A DNA stretch of 64,000 nt from Escherichia phage JLBYU40. Both the position numbers and the translations under genes were made by a program. Where the stretch lies: sequence record NC_105514.1. One strand, given 5' to 3'. Position 1 is the first letter of the stretch, and every line of letters starts with the position of its first letter. The notes under the pieces are model-generated. The model ran no database searches. It was not told the origin of the DNA and was given only the letters and a program-made list of their open reading frames with translations. Shown here piece after piece: positions 37,128 through 46,692 of this stretch.

Positions 37128-38114
37128 ATGACAGAAGAAGTAGCTAAGAGTCCTGAGACCGTCGCTAGCGTTGCAGCAGAACTGCACCGTCACGAGGAAT
37201 CAGATAAGAAAAAGTGGGAGAAGGTCAGAGCCTACGAAGAAAAACATCGTGAACACGATGATGAAGAAGATGACGATGATGAACATTGTCATAAATATGG
37301 AAAACATAAAATGCAAGAACCAGTAAACGTATTCACTAGTGGCTTCCCTGGCCTACTGGGTGGTTACCCAGCAAACGCAGGTGCTTTCGGTGGTGAAGGT
37401 ATGGGACTATTCGGAGCTATCCTAATCGGTGCTCTATTAACAGGTGGATTCGGTGGTTTCGGTGGATTCGGTGGACGTGGTGTAGTTGGTGAAGGTACCG
37501 CAGTTGATGCAGTACTTCAGAACCAAGATACCGCTAGTATTCTAGCAGCTATTAACACTACTCGTACAGAAGCTAATCAGGGTACTGGGGCTGTGTTAAG
37601 CGCAGTTAACAATGGTTTTAGCCAGACATCCCAAAACCAGAGCCGTGATACTCAGTCTGTACTAACTACGATTTATGGTACAGGTGCTAATCTGTCTAAT
37701 CAGATCTGCCAGGAAACTCGCAACGTTATTCAGGGTCAGTTCGATCTTTCTCGCCAGATTGATCAATCTTTCGCAGCTAACCAGATAGCTCGTGCACAAG
37801 ATAAATTTGATTCTGCACAGATCGCTTTCCAGCAGACTTTACAAACTAATAACCAGTTTGCCGCTGTTCAGGCTCAGATGTGTGCTAACCAGAACTCTCT
37901 GGAACGTCAGATCGCTGAATGTTGCTGTGAACTTCAGACTGCGATCGCTGGTGTAACTACTGCGCGTATCCAGGATGAGTTAGATGCATGTCGCCTACGT
38001 GAGGCAATCGCTGCGGGTAATGGTGCTAACGATCAGGTAATTAATCAAATCGCTGTAAGTCTTGGTGCAATCACTCAGACTCTGGCTGGTCTGCAGGCTA
38101 AACTGCCGGCTTAA
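37128..38114 (+). CDS. glycine-zipper membrane protein with acidic/His-rich N-terminus and Q/N-rich C-terminus
   Basis: 328 aa from ATG 37128 (RBS TAGGAGGTG); GLFGAILIGALLTGGFGGFGGFGG segment; CCC motif; GC visibly above flanks. Confidence 0.55.
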   Translation: MTEEVAKSPETVASVAAELHRHEESDKKKWEKVRAYEEKHREHDDEEDDDDEHCHKYGKHKMQEPVNVFTSGFPGLLGGYPANAGAFGGEGMGLFGAILIGALLTGGFGGFGGFGGRGVVGEGTAVDAVLQNQDTASILAAINTTRTEANQGTGAVLSAVNNGFSQTSQNQSRDTQSVLTTIYGTGANLSNQICQETRNVIQGQFDLSRQIDQSFAANQIARAQDKFDSAQIAFQQTLQTNNQFAAVQAQMCANQNSLERQIAECCCELQTAIAGVTTARIQDELDACRLREAIAAGNGANDQVINQIAVSLGAITQTLAGLQAKLPA

Positions 38115-38135
38115 TATTAAGGGGAGGAGCCCATT

Positions 38136-38552
38136 ATGAGTAAATATGGTTTTGTAAATAACGGACTTAATCAAAGTATGGGCTCCCAGCAGCCCATTCC
38201 GGGTCTGGATAACCCCTACTTACAACAATTGCAACAGCGTTTAGCAGAAGCGCAACAGATGCAGCAACAACTCCAGCAAAACCCTGGAAGTGTGAGTCCT
38301 ATGCAAATGATGCAGCAAATGAGCGGGCAGTCGCAAATGCCTCAACAAATGCAGCAACAGGTGCCTCAGCAGCAAGTTCAGCAACAAACCCAACAACCGC
38401 AGGTTTCTGCGGAAGGACAGGCAGTACTAGCCCTTTTCGAAGACTTCGCAAAGACAGAGGATGGGAAACAGCTTGTATCACTTATGGGTAAGTTTAATAG
38501 CTTCTGCCAAAGCCAGGTTGCAAAAGCTCAAAATAGTGGTAATAACTCCTAA
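38136..38552 (+). CDS. glutamine-rich low-complexity protein
   Basis: 138 aa; RBS GGGGAGGAG; long Q/M/P-rich stretch. Confidence 0.5.
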   Translation: MSKYGFVNNGLNQSMGSQQPIPGLDNPYLQQLQQRLAEAQQMQQQLQQNPGSVSPMQMMQQMSGQSQMPQQMQQQVPQQQVQQQTQQPQVSAEGQAVLALFEDFAKTEDGKQLVSLMGKFNSFCQSQVAKAQNSGNNS

Positions 38553-38561
38553 GGAGGAATT

Positions 38562-38756
38562 ATGTGTTGCAGAAAATCTGTTTCGTGCTGCCCAATGCCT
38601 GTAGCACGTTGTTGCTCTCCAGCAATGTTTACGCAAATACCGGCGTTCAATCCGTTTGCCTTTAAGCCTACTCTTATCCTGCCCCCTAGAGTAGATTTTC
38701 AGTCAAGATTGGCCTCCCGTATGGGTAGTTGCTGTAACAAGAGTATATGGTTCTAA
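38562..38756 (+). CDS. small Cys-rich protein
   Basis: 64 aa; RBS AAGGAGG; four CC doublets. Confidence 0.45.
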   Translation: MCCRKSVSCCPMPVARCCSPAMFTQIPAFNPFAFKPTLILPPRVDFQSRLASRMGSCCNKSIWF

Positions 38757-38769
38757 GGAACCAAACAAT

Positions 38770-38810
38770 AAAGCCCCTAGTCGAAAGACTTAGGGGCTTT
38801 TCTTTTATCT
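38770..38810 (+). terminator. Rho-independent terminator of the plus-strand island
   Basis: ~11-bp GC-rich stem with GAAA loop followed by TTTTCTTTTATCTT. Confidence 0.6.
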
Positions 38811-38851
38811 TAAATACAGAAAAGCCCTGCGCTCTCTAGGAAACGCAGGGC
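38811..38851 (-). terminator. Rho-independent terminator for the SPFH gene
   Basis: 9-bp stem AGCCCTGCG/CGCAGGGCT with a T-run on the minus strand. Confidence 0.55.
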
Positions 38852-38876
38852 TTATTTCAGATGTTACATGCGGGTA

Positions 38877-39824
38877 TTATTTATTACGCATATCCATAAT
38901 CATTTGGCCATCATAGCCAGTGCCAACCACAGTCTGCGGTACACCACCTTGGTATTTCTGAGCACGAATCATTTCAACTTCCAGTTGCTTCCAGCGAATC
39001 ATCTCAGGAGTAATGGTACGTTGCAATGCGGCGTTAGCTTCAGCTTCTTTCTTAGCTGCATATAGTTTAGCATCTGCGTCACGTTCATTGGCAATAGCTT
39101 GGTTGTTGCGAGCTTCACGGTCTGCTTCTGCTTGTTTAACTTTTTGCTGTGCTTCCTGTTCAACGCGAGCCAGTTCAGCTTTCGCAGCATTAACTTGCTC
39201 TTCACGAACTTTGGTATTCTGTACCTGTTCCATGATTACCGGTGGCAAAGTAATATCCTGAAGGAATACCTGCTTAACTGTATAACCATATGGGCGTGCA
39301 TACTCTTCAACTTCCTGTTGAATTGCAGTTTGCAATTGAGCCTGAATTTTAGCATCAAACAAATCTTGTGCTTTAGGTACAGACTTACCAAACTCACGAA
39401 TAGTAGACAGTAATTTTTCAGTTACATACTTGTCTAGTGCCTGATCCTGAGTACCTGCGTTAATACGGTTAATTGGTGCCTTAGAACCATCAAACTGCAA
39501 CATAACAGTCAGGTCAACAGTGGATTTAAACTTATCCTGGCTAGGAACCTGAAGTTTATCTAATTTTACAGCAATATCTTTTGTACTAAAAGTGTCGAAA
39601 GATGCAAATGGGTTTACAAGATGGAAACCTGGTAATACTGGGTTAGGATCTACTTTACCCAGAAATGTTTGGGTTTTAACCGTACCATCAGAAACAATAG
39701 TATATGAATTAAAAGCTAGGATTAAACCTGCTAAACCAACTACAGCACCAATACCCCAACGTTTAATAGTACGAATTACTTTCTGCTCAGAAGTCAGTTC
39801 TTTCATATTTTTAGTATTAAACAT
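38877..39824 (-). CDS. SPFH/band-7 (prohibitin/HflC-like) membrane protein
   Basis: 315 aa; N-terminal TM helix, SPFH-like core, long charged coiled-coil C-terminus. Confidence 0.6.
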   Translation of the reverse strand: MFNTKNMKELTSEQKVIRTIKRWGIGAVVGLAGLILAFNSYTIVSDGTVKTQTFLGKVDPNPVLPGFHLVNPFASFDTFSTKDIAVKLDKLQVPSQDKFKSTVDLTVMLQFDGSKAPINRINAGTQDQALDKYVTEKLLSTIREFGKSVPKAQDLFDAKIQAQLQTAIQQEVEEYARPYGYTVKQVFLQDITLPPVIMEQVQNTKVREEQVNAAKAELARVEQEAQQKVKQAEADREARNNQAIANERDADAKLYAAKKEAEANAALQRTITPEMIRWKQLEVEMIRAQKYQGGVPQTVVGTGYDGQMIMDMRNK

Positions 39825-39858
39825 ATATTTCCTTTGTTTTAGTTACAGTTAATAAAAT

Positions 39859-39933
39859 TGGCCGAGGTGACAGGATTCGAACCTGCATAAAGGAATTTAG
39901 AAGACTCCTGCCTCTCCCTTAGACTACACCCCG
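39859..39933 (-). tRNA. tRNA-Arg (TCT)
   Basis: acceptor CGGGGTG/CACCTCG, anticodon stem GGAGT/ATTCC, loop CTTCTAA, CCA. Confidence 0.5.
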
Positions 39934-40435
39934 TTTAAGTATTTTTAAGAACTCTCGTAAAAACTCTTAAAAATACAGACGATACCGGGAGAGTCATAGG
40001 TCTCACTCATTAAGTATTTCAAGACAAAATACAGTAACGTCTATTATTTTCCAGTTTAAGTCAGGGTGACTTAGTGGTTATGTCCTGCGGTATATTGAGG
40101 ACTCGGTTAGGCTTGGGGTCATGACTTCCCGCCTTTTGCTGCTACTCAACAGGAGTTATCGCGAATTACCTGTGCTATTGTGCACCATTAGTGACATCTC
40201 TCATGCCAGCATTTCCCACTTTGTGGATAGCTTGAAAAACTACTCCGATATGGAGAAAGAACTTCACTATCCTAGAATACCTTCTAAAGTTCTTCTTTAG
40301 CCTGGACATAGTTAAATCGTAATAAAACTATTCAGCAGACCGGTTGGTTAGTCTGGAACCAACTACCGCGTGGTTTAGGCAGTGCGCAACTAACCTCGGA
40401 AGCTTTTACGTTAAAAGCATCAGTTATCCAGTTCT

Positions 40436-40507
40436 TACCGACCGTAGGATTCGAACCTACATCTTCCACCAGTTACGGCTTGATAATACCAATTATACTA
40501 GGACGGC
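40436..40507 (-). tRNA. tRNA, anticodon unresolved
   Basis: perfect T-arm, acceptor with one U-U mismatch, no encoded CCA; no convincing anticodon stem by eye. Confidence 0.3.
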
Positions 40508-40730
40508 AGTGTTACTACATAAGTGATTTCCACACCCCACTATTTATAAATTAGAGAAGAGTTTAGGGAAGAGGTTTCAGACGCCTCATTTTACACGTTC
40601 TAGCCACTAACCGGGATTGCCGCCCCCTGTGTACTAGTTTTACAACTAACCCACCGACTCTATTCAATGCACTCCGGTTGGGATTCTGCACTCAGCGTAA
40701 TCGGCTCGCTGTTCCCTAATTTATGAATAT

Positions 40731-40759
40731 ATTATACAGAATTTATAAGCATTTAGCAA
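40731..40759 (-). promoter_or_regulatory. early promoter
   Basis: -35 TTGCTA, 17-bp spacer, -10 TATAAT. Confidence 0.5.
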
Positions 40760-40767
40760 ATGAATTT

Positions 40768-41202
40768 TTAGAAAAATTCACTAGCGATCAAAGCAGTTGT
40801 TTTACCGTCATAACGTCCAGGAAATTCTGCCTTAATAGTTTTCATTAATAGAGCTTTGGTAATACCTGGGTTTAATTTAACCAGTTCTGCAAAATACTCA
40901 CGAATTTCAGTTTCAGTCAGTTGACTTGGCTGATACTCTTGCAGCATGGAATAAAGCAGTTGCTCATAGTCTACATCAGTAGGAACTTTCGTACCAACTT
41001 TAATAGCGCGCTGCTTTGCATTTTCTAGAGCCTTAATCTGAGCTTTCAGATAGGCTACAAACTCGGTTCGAGTAACAATGTCTTTATCAATACGTTGCAG
41101 GTCGCCAATCATGGTCTGAAGATTAAGTGCCCGCTCTTTATCACCGTGAGTACGTGCTAGACTAAGCAGTCCACGAAGGGTCATTAGGATATTTTCACCC
41201 AT
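40768..41202 (-). CDS. hypothetical protein
   Basis: 144 aa ORF. Confidence 0.45.
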   Translation of the reverse strand: MGENILMTLRGLLSLARTHGDKERALNLQTMIGDLQRIDKDIVTRTEFVAYLKAQIKALENAKQRAIKVGTKVPTDVDYEQLLYSMLQEYQPSQLTETEIREYFAELVKLNPGITKALLMKTIKAEFPGRYDGKTTALIASEFF

Positions 41203-41440
41203 TATTTCATCCCCAATGCTTGGTTAAAAGATTGTTCTGTCATAACTGCTGAGACTTTGGCGAAATCAAACTTTTTAGGGTTCGTAGTGATTTCAGCAAC
41301 GTTAGAAGTTTTAACAGTTTTCGTAGTACGAATACCGCGAGTGTTAACACCAATAATTACAACTGATTTCATATTTCGCTTCCTCTCATTAATTTATGAA
41401 AGTATTATACAGAAATTTAAGTATTTAAGCAAGTAAATTT

Positions 41441-41908
41441 TTAAGTTTTAGTGACAACAGGTTTATAAAACGTATGTCCCTTAATCTTAGTTGTTTTCTT
41501 AAACTTCTTTGTCCAGTAAGGTTTATCTTTACCACTATGGAAGTATAGTGCTCCATGTGTAGGATCTTGTGGTAAATCAACGTAGTATATCACTCTAGCT
41601 AAATTCTTAGCGGTTTGCCAAGCCTCATCAGTTTTATCAACTTTTGGTCTCTTAGATACCCAAGAGAACTGGTTAGACTGATATACTACTTTACAGTAGG
41701 AATCTGGGAATTTACCGGAGTTTACACGGTTTTTAGTAACATGTGCAATCGCCGTCATTCCCTTTATGCCCTCACCACGACTTTCGAAATAGATATTTTT
41801 AGCAATGCAATCTATTTCTTTTGCATCGTGCGATGCCTGACTACTAAAGCTGAAGGTAAGGGCAGCTACTAAAAGCAAAGCTGCCTTCATTCTTTTTACT
41901 ACTGCCAA
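41441..41908 (-). CDS. secreted cell-wall hydrolase (SleB-like)
   Basis: 155 aa; signal peptide; IAHVTKNRV...FPDSYCKVVYQSNQFSW resembles the SleB hydrolase core. Confidence 0.5.
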   Translation of the reverse strand: MAVVKRMKAALLLVAALTFSFSSQASHDAKEIDCIAKNIYFESRGEGIKGMTAIAHVTKNRVNSGKFPDSYCKVVYQSNQFSWVSKRPKVDKTDEAWQTAKNLARVIYYVDLPQDPTHGALYFHSGKDKPYWTKKFKKTTKIKGHTFYKPVVTKT

Positions 41909-42213
41909 TCATATTCAACACGATTGGGATTTTCTTTATACCCTAAGTCAAGCAAATCATTACGCATATTTTGCTTAGCTACTGGGTTCGAGGTTACTAG
42001 TACCACTTTCTTTGGTCTCTGCCCAAATTCTAAGAGTAAACGAAGAATTTGATAACCTTCCATACCATCTACAGCCAAGTCATTATCCATATAAACGAAA
42101 TGGCCTGTGGTATCAGTTTTATTCAGAAACTCTACAGCGGCTTCTGGGGTTCGAATGATAATGTCCATTCCGTGAAGATTGCGCACGTCATCAATCAAAA
42201 TATGAAAAGTCAT
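41899..42213 (-). CDS. hypothetical protein (possible receiver-like fold)
   Basis: 104 aa; weak resemblance only. Confidence 0.35.
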   Translation of the reverse strand: MTFHILIDDVRNLHGMDIIIRTPEAAVEFLNKTDTTGHFVYMDNDLAVDGMEGYQILRLLLEFGQRPKKVVLVTSNPVAKQNMRNDLLDLGYKENPNRVEYDWQ

Positions 42214-42655
42214 AATAGCCTCGTTTCATCAATTTAAAAATATATTATACACATAATTTAGTAAATTAGCAAATACATTTTTAAATTGTGAAACTAGTAA
42301 ACCGATAAACAGCCTAGAGGCGCCACAGGCCATATCTTATGAGCCATGTACCTTTGATCTAGGGTTTGAATCATCAATGAATACTTTGCATCTTTTAGCT
42401 TTAGAAGTTTAGAAGTTTGAGTTCTTTAAACTTTTCAGCTTTCATACTTAAATGTTGATCTTTGAAGTTGTGTCGGTAATATCAACGACGCTTTGTTTTT
42501 ACGTGTCAGATTAAATGTCTGATGTAATAAACATAATCTCCAATAGATTATACTTTATAGTATGGTCAGCGGTCTTATTTAACCTCGTATTTCAACCGCT
42601 GCTGCGAGGTAAGATGCTTGGGCTTTCGTCTACCGATTTACTAGCTTTTAAATTA

Positions 42656-43294
42656 TTACTCTACTTCAATGAAGGTAGAGGCGTTAGACTCGGACAGAAC
42701 AAAGTCAACATTTGTTGCAAAGTCCTGATATTCCTCGTCATGCTGTTTAATCAGCTTTTCCAGTTCCAGCGGATCAATCAAGAATGGGGTATTCTTGAGT
42801 TCCAGCAGGTTGAGCTGCATTTTAACTTCATCTTCGGAAGTTTTCTTATCGCGGGTAGCCATGCTATCCTGCAAACGCTCATATTTAGCATCAAACTGTG
42901 CTTTCTGCGTATTAAACTTAACCGTAGCGGCATGGAACTGCTTACGCATGTTAGCCAGCAGTTGGGCTTTAAGTTCCATAGAACGCTTAGCTTCAATTGC
43001 TTCCGCAACGGTCATCTTACGAGAGCCAATCTCAACGATTGTTTCAGCATTGCTTTTAATCAGAGCAGCTTTGATACGATCACGCTGGGACATCATATCC
43101 AGGAGAGATTGGAAATCTGCCTTAATACGAGCAGACAGATCGTCTACTTCGATTGCAGCGCCAACTACAACCTTATTTTTATCCTTACCTTCACCAACAG
43201 CGATCAGAAGCTGCTGTTCAGTAGCTTTACGGATTTTAGCTTCCAGAGATTTGATAGTTGCCAGAGCGCGGGTTTTAGAAATACGAGTAGTCAT
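42656..43294 (-). CDS. hypothetical coiled-coil protein
   Basis: 212 aa; plus-strand ORFs here are antisense shadows. Confidence 0.5.
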   Translation of the reverse strand: MTTRISKTRALATIKSLEAKIRKATEQQLLIAVGEGKDKNKVVVGAAIEVDDLSARIKADFQSLLDMMSQRDRIKAALIKSNAETIVEIGSRKMTVAEAIEAKRSMELKAQLLANMRKQFHAATVKFNTQKAQFDAKYERLQDSMATRDKKTSEDEVKMQLNLLELKNTPFLIDPLELEKLIKQHDEEYQDFATNVDFVLSESNASTFIEVE

Positions 43295-43570
43295 TATTTG
43301 CTTCCTTATATGAAGTTTGAGATTTGAATTTGTTTAAAGTTGGTCTATTACAGACCAATTGCCAGCAGAGTGCGCAGAACAGTATCGTTACTGTTATCAA
43401 TTTTAGGATTAGCACGATTTAGCAGATCAAAGATTTTCTGGACACCTGATTGACGTTCAGCCATACGACGGATACCCAGATTACGAGTAGCTTTCTTACC
43501 ATTTTTACGAACATTTTTAGATACTGGCGTATTTGTTTTCCTTTTATTGTTTTCTCAAATTTATGAATAT

Positions 43571-43599
43571 ATTATACAGAATTTTGGGGCCGGAAGCAA
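43571..43599 (-). promoter_or_regulatory. early promoter
   Basis: -35 TTGCTT, 17-bp spacer, -10 TATAAT. Confidence 0.5.
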
Positions 43600-43600
43600 A

Positions 43601-44302
43601 TCAAATTTTCATTTTTTCGATCATAGCTGCAACACAATAGCTTTCAACTAAGGCATCAAATGCAGGATCATGCTTAACCGGATAGATCCCATAACGAATA
43701 GTGTCCATCTTCTCCATTTTAGCTATTGCCCAGCTAATAGCTTCGGTCTCTAGAGCCTTATAACTGTATCCAGCTTGCATCCAGAGATTACGAAGAGATC
43801 GAACATTACCCAAATTCCAGAATTTCCACGGAACTACCTCTTCATTGGTTCCAGCATGGAACGTGTTTGCAGAGTAGATAGTCATATCAAATTCTGGGCC
43901 ATTGCCATAATACAAAGCATTTTCGCCTAGAGCCAACTCCATAATATTTTGAGCCATAGAGAAGGCAGCATAGTTAGAGCCGAGCTTATTAGTACAGTGA
44001 TGTTTACCATTTTGGAAGGCAATCAGTTTTGGATTACGTTCCTTCATAGCTTCCATTATGTGAATAGCAGAGGGGCTATTTTTAGCTTGATCCATCCAGA
44101 ATGCTAGAGTAGATGCTGTAACTTTGGCACCAGAATTAAGCTGATCCTGCACATCCAAAGTAACAAATACTAAGTCAGGGTCTTTGTCAATCCCATGCAT
44201 AGCCACAAAAGCGAAAGAAGGCATTGCGATATGAGTAGTACCACAATCTCCTGGAGTTCCTAGAGATTCAATATCTAGCATACCAAATGGTTTTACTTTC
44301 AT
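43601..44302 (-). CDS. putative DEDD-type 3'-5' exonuclease
   Basis: 233 aa; FGMLDIESLG (DxE) and C-terminal HDPAFDALVESY (H-x4-D). Confidence 0.45.
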   Translation of the reverse strand: MKVKPFGMLDIESLGTPGDCGTTHIAMPSFAFVAMHGIDKDPDLVFVTLDVQDQLNSGAKVTASTLAFWMDQAKNSPSAIHIMEAMKERNPKLIAFQNGKHHCTNKLGSNYAAFSMAQNIMELALGENALYYGNGPEFDMTIYSANTFHAGTNEEVVPWKFWNLGNVRSLRNLWMQAGYSYKALETEAISWAIAKMEKMDTIRYGIYPVKHDPAFDALVESYCVAAMIEKMKI

Positions 44303-44330
44303 AACTTATCCTTTATTGTGTAGAAAACTA

Positions 44331-44567
44331 TTAAAGAGCTGTCTCTTTAATAGACTCCCACTTCTTGGGGTCTTTAAAACCAGGAAGCATATCCTCACTG
44401 ACATCCCAGTTCTCTTCCATAGAGAAGTCGGGCCATTCATTCCAGCTACCTTCCAGCTCTTCATAACAGGCATCCATTACCTCATGAATAGAAAGTCGTG
44501 TATAATCCCTAGCTGACTTATGGGTGCTAGCACGGTTAAAATCATTCTTTGCTACAAAATTACGCAT
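44331..44567 (-). CDS. hypothetical acidic protein
   Basis: 78 aa ORF. Confidence 0.4.
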   Translation of the reverse strand: MRNFVAKNDFNRASTHKSARDYTRLSIHEVMDACYEELEGSWNEWPDFSMEENWDVSEDMLPGFKDPKKWESIKETAL

Positions 44568-44608
44568 AGTTTCTCCAAATAAGAGGGGCCTTCGCCCCCT
44601 GATTTAAA

Positions 44609-44824
44609 TCACTTGCCCAGCAGTTTAAGGATATTTTCCATAATAGTTTGGGCAGATTTTTCACTCTTGTTGGTTTCAGCCAACTTTAAAGCGAGTTCTT
44701 CCTGCTGTTTCTGAATATCCGCAGCAATTTTTTGATCAGCCTCAATACGAGCTTGAAGCTCATCAGTGATAGTGGTAAAGGAAGCAACGATTTCAGTAAC
44801 AGAACGTGGTTTCTTAGAGAACAT
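44609..44824 (-). CDS. hypothetical coiled-coil protein
   Basis: 71 aa ORF. Confidence 0.4.
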   Translation of the reverse strand: MFSKKPRSVTEIVASFTTITDELQARIEADQKIAADIQKQQEELALKLAETNKSEKSAQTIMENILKLLGK

Positions 44825-44887
44825 AAAAATATCCTTGATTAGTTAGAGAATTAGTAGATTGTAGGGGCTTCTGCCCCTATTTATCTA

Positions 44888-45403
44888 TTACTTCGCTTTA
44901 CGCTTGCGAGCTGGTTTAGCAGATTTACGAGCAGAATCACCCGTGAACTTAATGCCTACACCGTAACACAGAGCACGAACGTTATCTTTGCTATACTCTA
45001 CACCGAAGATATTTGGCTTAACAGAACCAAACTGTCCACGAGTATCACGCAATACATCTGCCGTTGGTTTGCGTTTCTGGTTAACTGCTTTCTCGTAATC
45101 TTTCATGGCCATGCCATTACGAGGGAACAATTCTGCTCCAGCATTGAAACTCAGTGCTACTGGAACAGATTTGTGACCGTAACCCTGTACATAGGTCACA
45201 AGGCGGGCTACAGAACGAGTTGCGTTCTTAGCCTTCGGCTTTTGACGAATCGGAGCCGGACGATTCAGTGCCTGTGCAGCTTGAGCATCAGTAGGGTGCT
45301 TGCGCAGGTGGCGTTCCAGACGAGCTTTGCGGTTAGCCTCAGTCTGAGGGAAAGTTTTAACTGTAGTAGCTGCTTGAGTTTTTGCGTTTTTCTGCTTAGC
45401 CAT
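44888..45403 (-). CDS. basic, probably nucleic-acid-binding protein
   Basis: 171 aa, K/R/A-rich termini. Confidence 0.45.
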   Translation of the reverse strand: MAKQKNAKTQAATTVKTFPQTEANRKARLERHLRKHPTDAQAAQALNRPAPIRQKPKAKNATRSVARLVTYVQGYGHKSVPVALSFNAGAELFPRNGMAMKDYEKAVNQKRKPTADVLRDTRGQFGSVKPNIFGVEYSKDNVRALCYGVGIKFTGDSARKSAKPARKRKAK

Positions 45404-45441
45404 TATTTATTTTCCTTTTTGTTTATCAATTTATGAAGTAT

Positions 45442-45470
45442 ATTATACGAGAATTTGAAGCGTTTAGCAA
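45442..45470 (-). promoter_or_regulatory. early promoter
   Basis: -35 TTGCTA, 17-bp spacer, -10 TATAAT. Confidence 0.5.
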
Positions 45471-45486
45471 ATGAATTTTTTAAAAA

Positions 45487-45765
45487 TTATCTACCAACCA
45501 TCTTGGCTTGTTCTGCATCGGAAACATATTGATACGCTCCTTTATTATACGCTGGAGCAGTACACATTTTCTTACGCTCAATCTCTTCTTGAGCTTTTCT
45601 TTCGCGTTCAGCTAATTCTTCGTCCAGATAAACTAAACGTTGTTCTGGAGGGGGTGGAAGACGTGTCTCTGGCTCACCAATATTAGCCTTTCTTATTTGA
45701 CGAGGTGATTGTGCACGTTTTCTCAATGGTTTAAATCCTAATGAATTTGAGTTATAAATCCGCAT
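45487..45765 (-). CDS. hypothetical protein
   Basis: 92 aa ORF. Confidence 0.4.
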   Translation of the reverse strand: MRIYNSNSLGFKPLRKRAQSPRQIRKANIGEPETRLPPPPEQRLVYLDEELAERERKAQEEIERKKMCTAPAYNKGAYQYVSDAEQAKMVGR

Positions 45766-45841
45766 AAAGCCCTCCTCACTTTCAATATGAATATTATACT
45801 AAATTAGAGGGCTTTAAGCAAGAAGATTTTTAATTTATTTA

Positions 45842-46330
45842 TCACATCTCGGCCATTTCAGCTTCAGTAATAACTGTGTTACACAATGCATCTACAGCTT
45901 CATTACCACTAATACCAGAATGTCCTTTAACCTTAATAAAGGTAGGATTAGTATTGTGAAAGTTGATATACTGCTGTGTTAATTTAAATGCTTCCTGCCA
46001 AAGTTCTAGATTAAGAGGGACTTCACCATCTGCTTTCTTCCAGCCTTTCCTTTGCCAAGAAAACATCCAACTTTCCATACCATTTTTGCAATAAGCAGAA
46101 TCAGTATAGATAACAATTGGTCTATTATCTTTTTTAACTGACCAACGTAGAGCCTCTACAATAGCCGTGAGTTCCATCTCATTATTTGTAGTTTTAGGAC
46201 TATATCCAGATTTAGAACCTAAACGATCGTCGTTATCATCATAGACAATAAAACCCCAAGCACCTGGACCTGGATTAGACTTACAAGCACCATCTGTATA
46301 AATGTGGAAAACCGACATTATACCTCCCAA
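45842..46330 (-). CDS. rnh: ribonuclease H
   Basis: 162 aa; YTDGAC...GPGAWG, TNNEMEL, YTDSAY RNase HI motifs. Confidence 0.7.
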   Translation of the reverse strand: MGGIMSVFHIYTDGACKSNPGPGAWGFIVYDDNDDRLGSKSGYSPKTTNNEMELTAIVEALRWSVKKDNRPIVIYTDSAYCKNGMESWMFSWQRKGWKKADGEVPLNLELWQEAFKLTQQYINFHNTNPTFIKVKGHSGISGNEAVDALCNTVITEAEMAEM

Positions 46331-46599
46331 CTAATTTTAAGACCCATGTCTACAAAGGCGGCTTCTCGGTAGTATTGTGAGAGATGATACCCCTTATCCG
46401 ATAAGGTTTTTAGTACCGATTTAGCTGCTCCTGGCATTTCTCTAGGATTATATAGCCATCTAGCGTAAGGATTATCTCGAATAATTACTTCTGTATTTCC
46501 AGACTTAGCAGCTTCTACAATCTTTTCTTCTATAAACTTTAGAAATGCGGGTACTTCTGTTAATCCTGCAAGTTCTTGGGCTTCTTTGGCTGAAATCAT
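46318..46599 (-). CDS. hypothetical protein
   Basis: 93 aa ORF. Confidence 0.45.
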   Translation of the reverse strand: MISAKEAQELAGLTEVPAFLKFIEEKIVEAAKSGNTEVIIRDNPYARWLYNPREMPGAAKSVLKTLSDKGYHLSQYYREAAFVDMGLKISWEV

Positions 46600-46692
46600 T
46601 GTATACCTCCAATTTATAAAATATATTATATTTAAATTTCACTAAATAAGCAAATGAAATTTAAATATAATAGCCCCGAAGGGCTATTTAAG

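Noticed and set aside
42515-43327. 270-aa and 172-aa plus-strand ORFs
   Set aside because: Antisense to the minus-strand 212-aa gene in a uniformly minus-strand block, with no promoter or RBS; Leu/Ser/Phe-rich composition typical of shadow frames.
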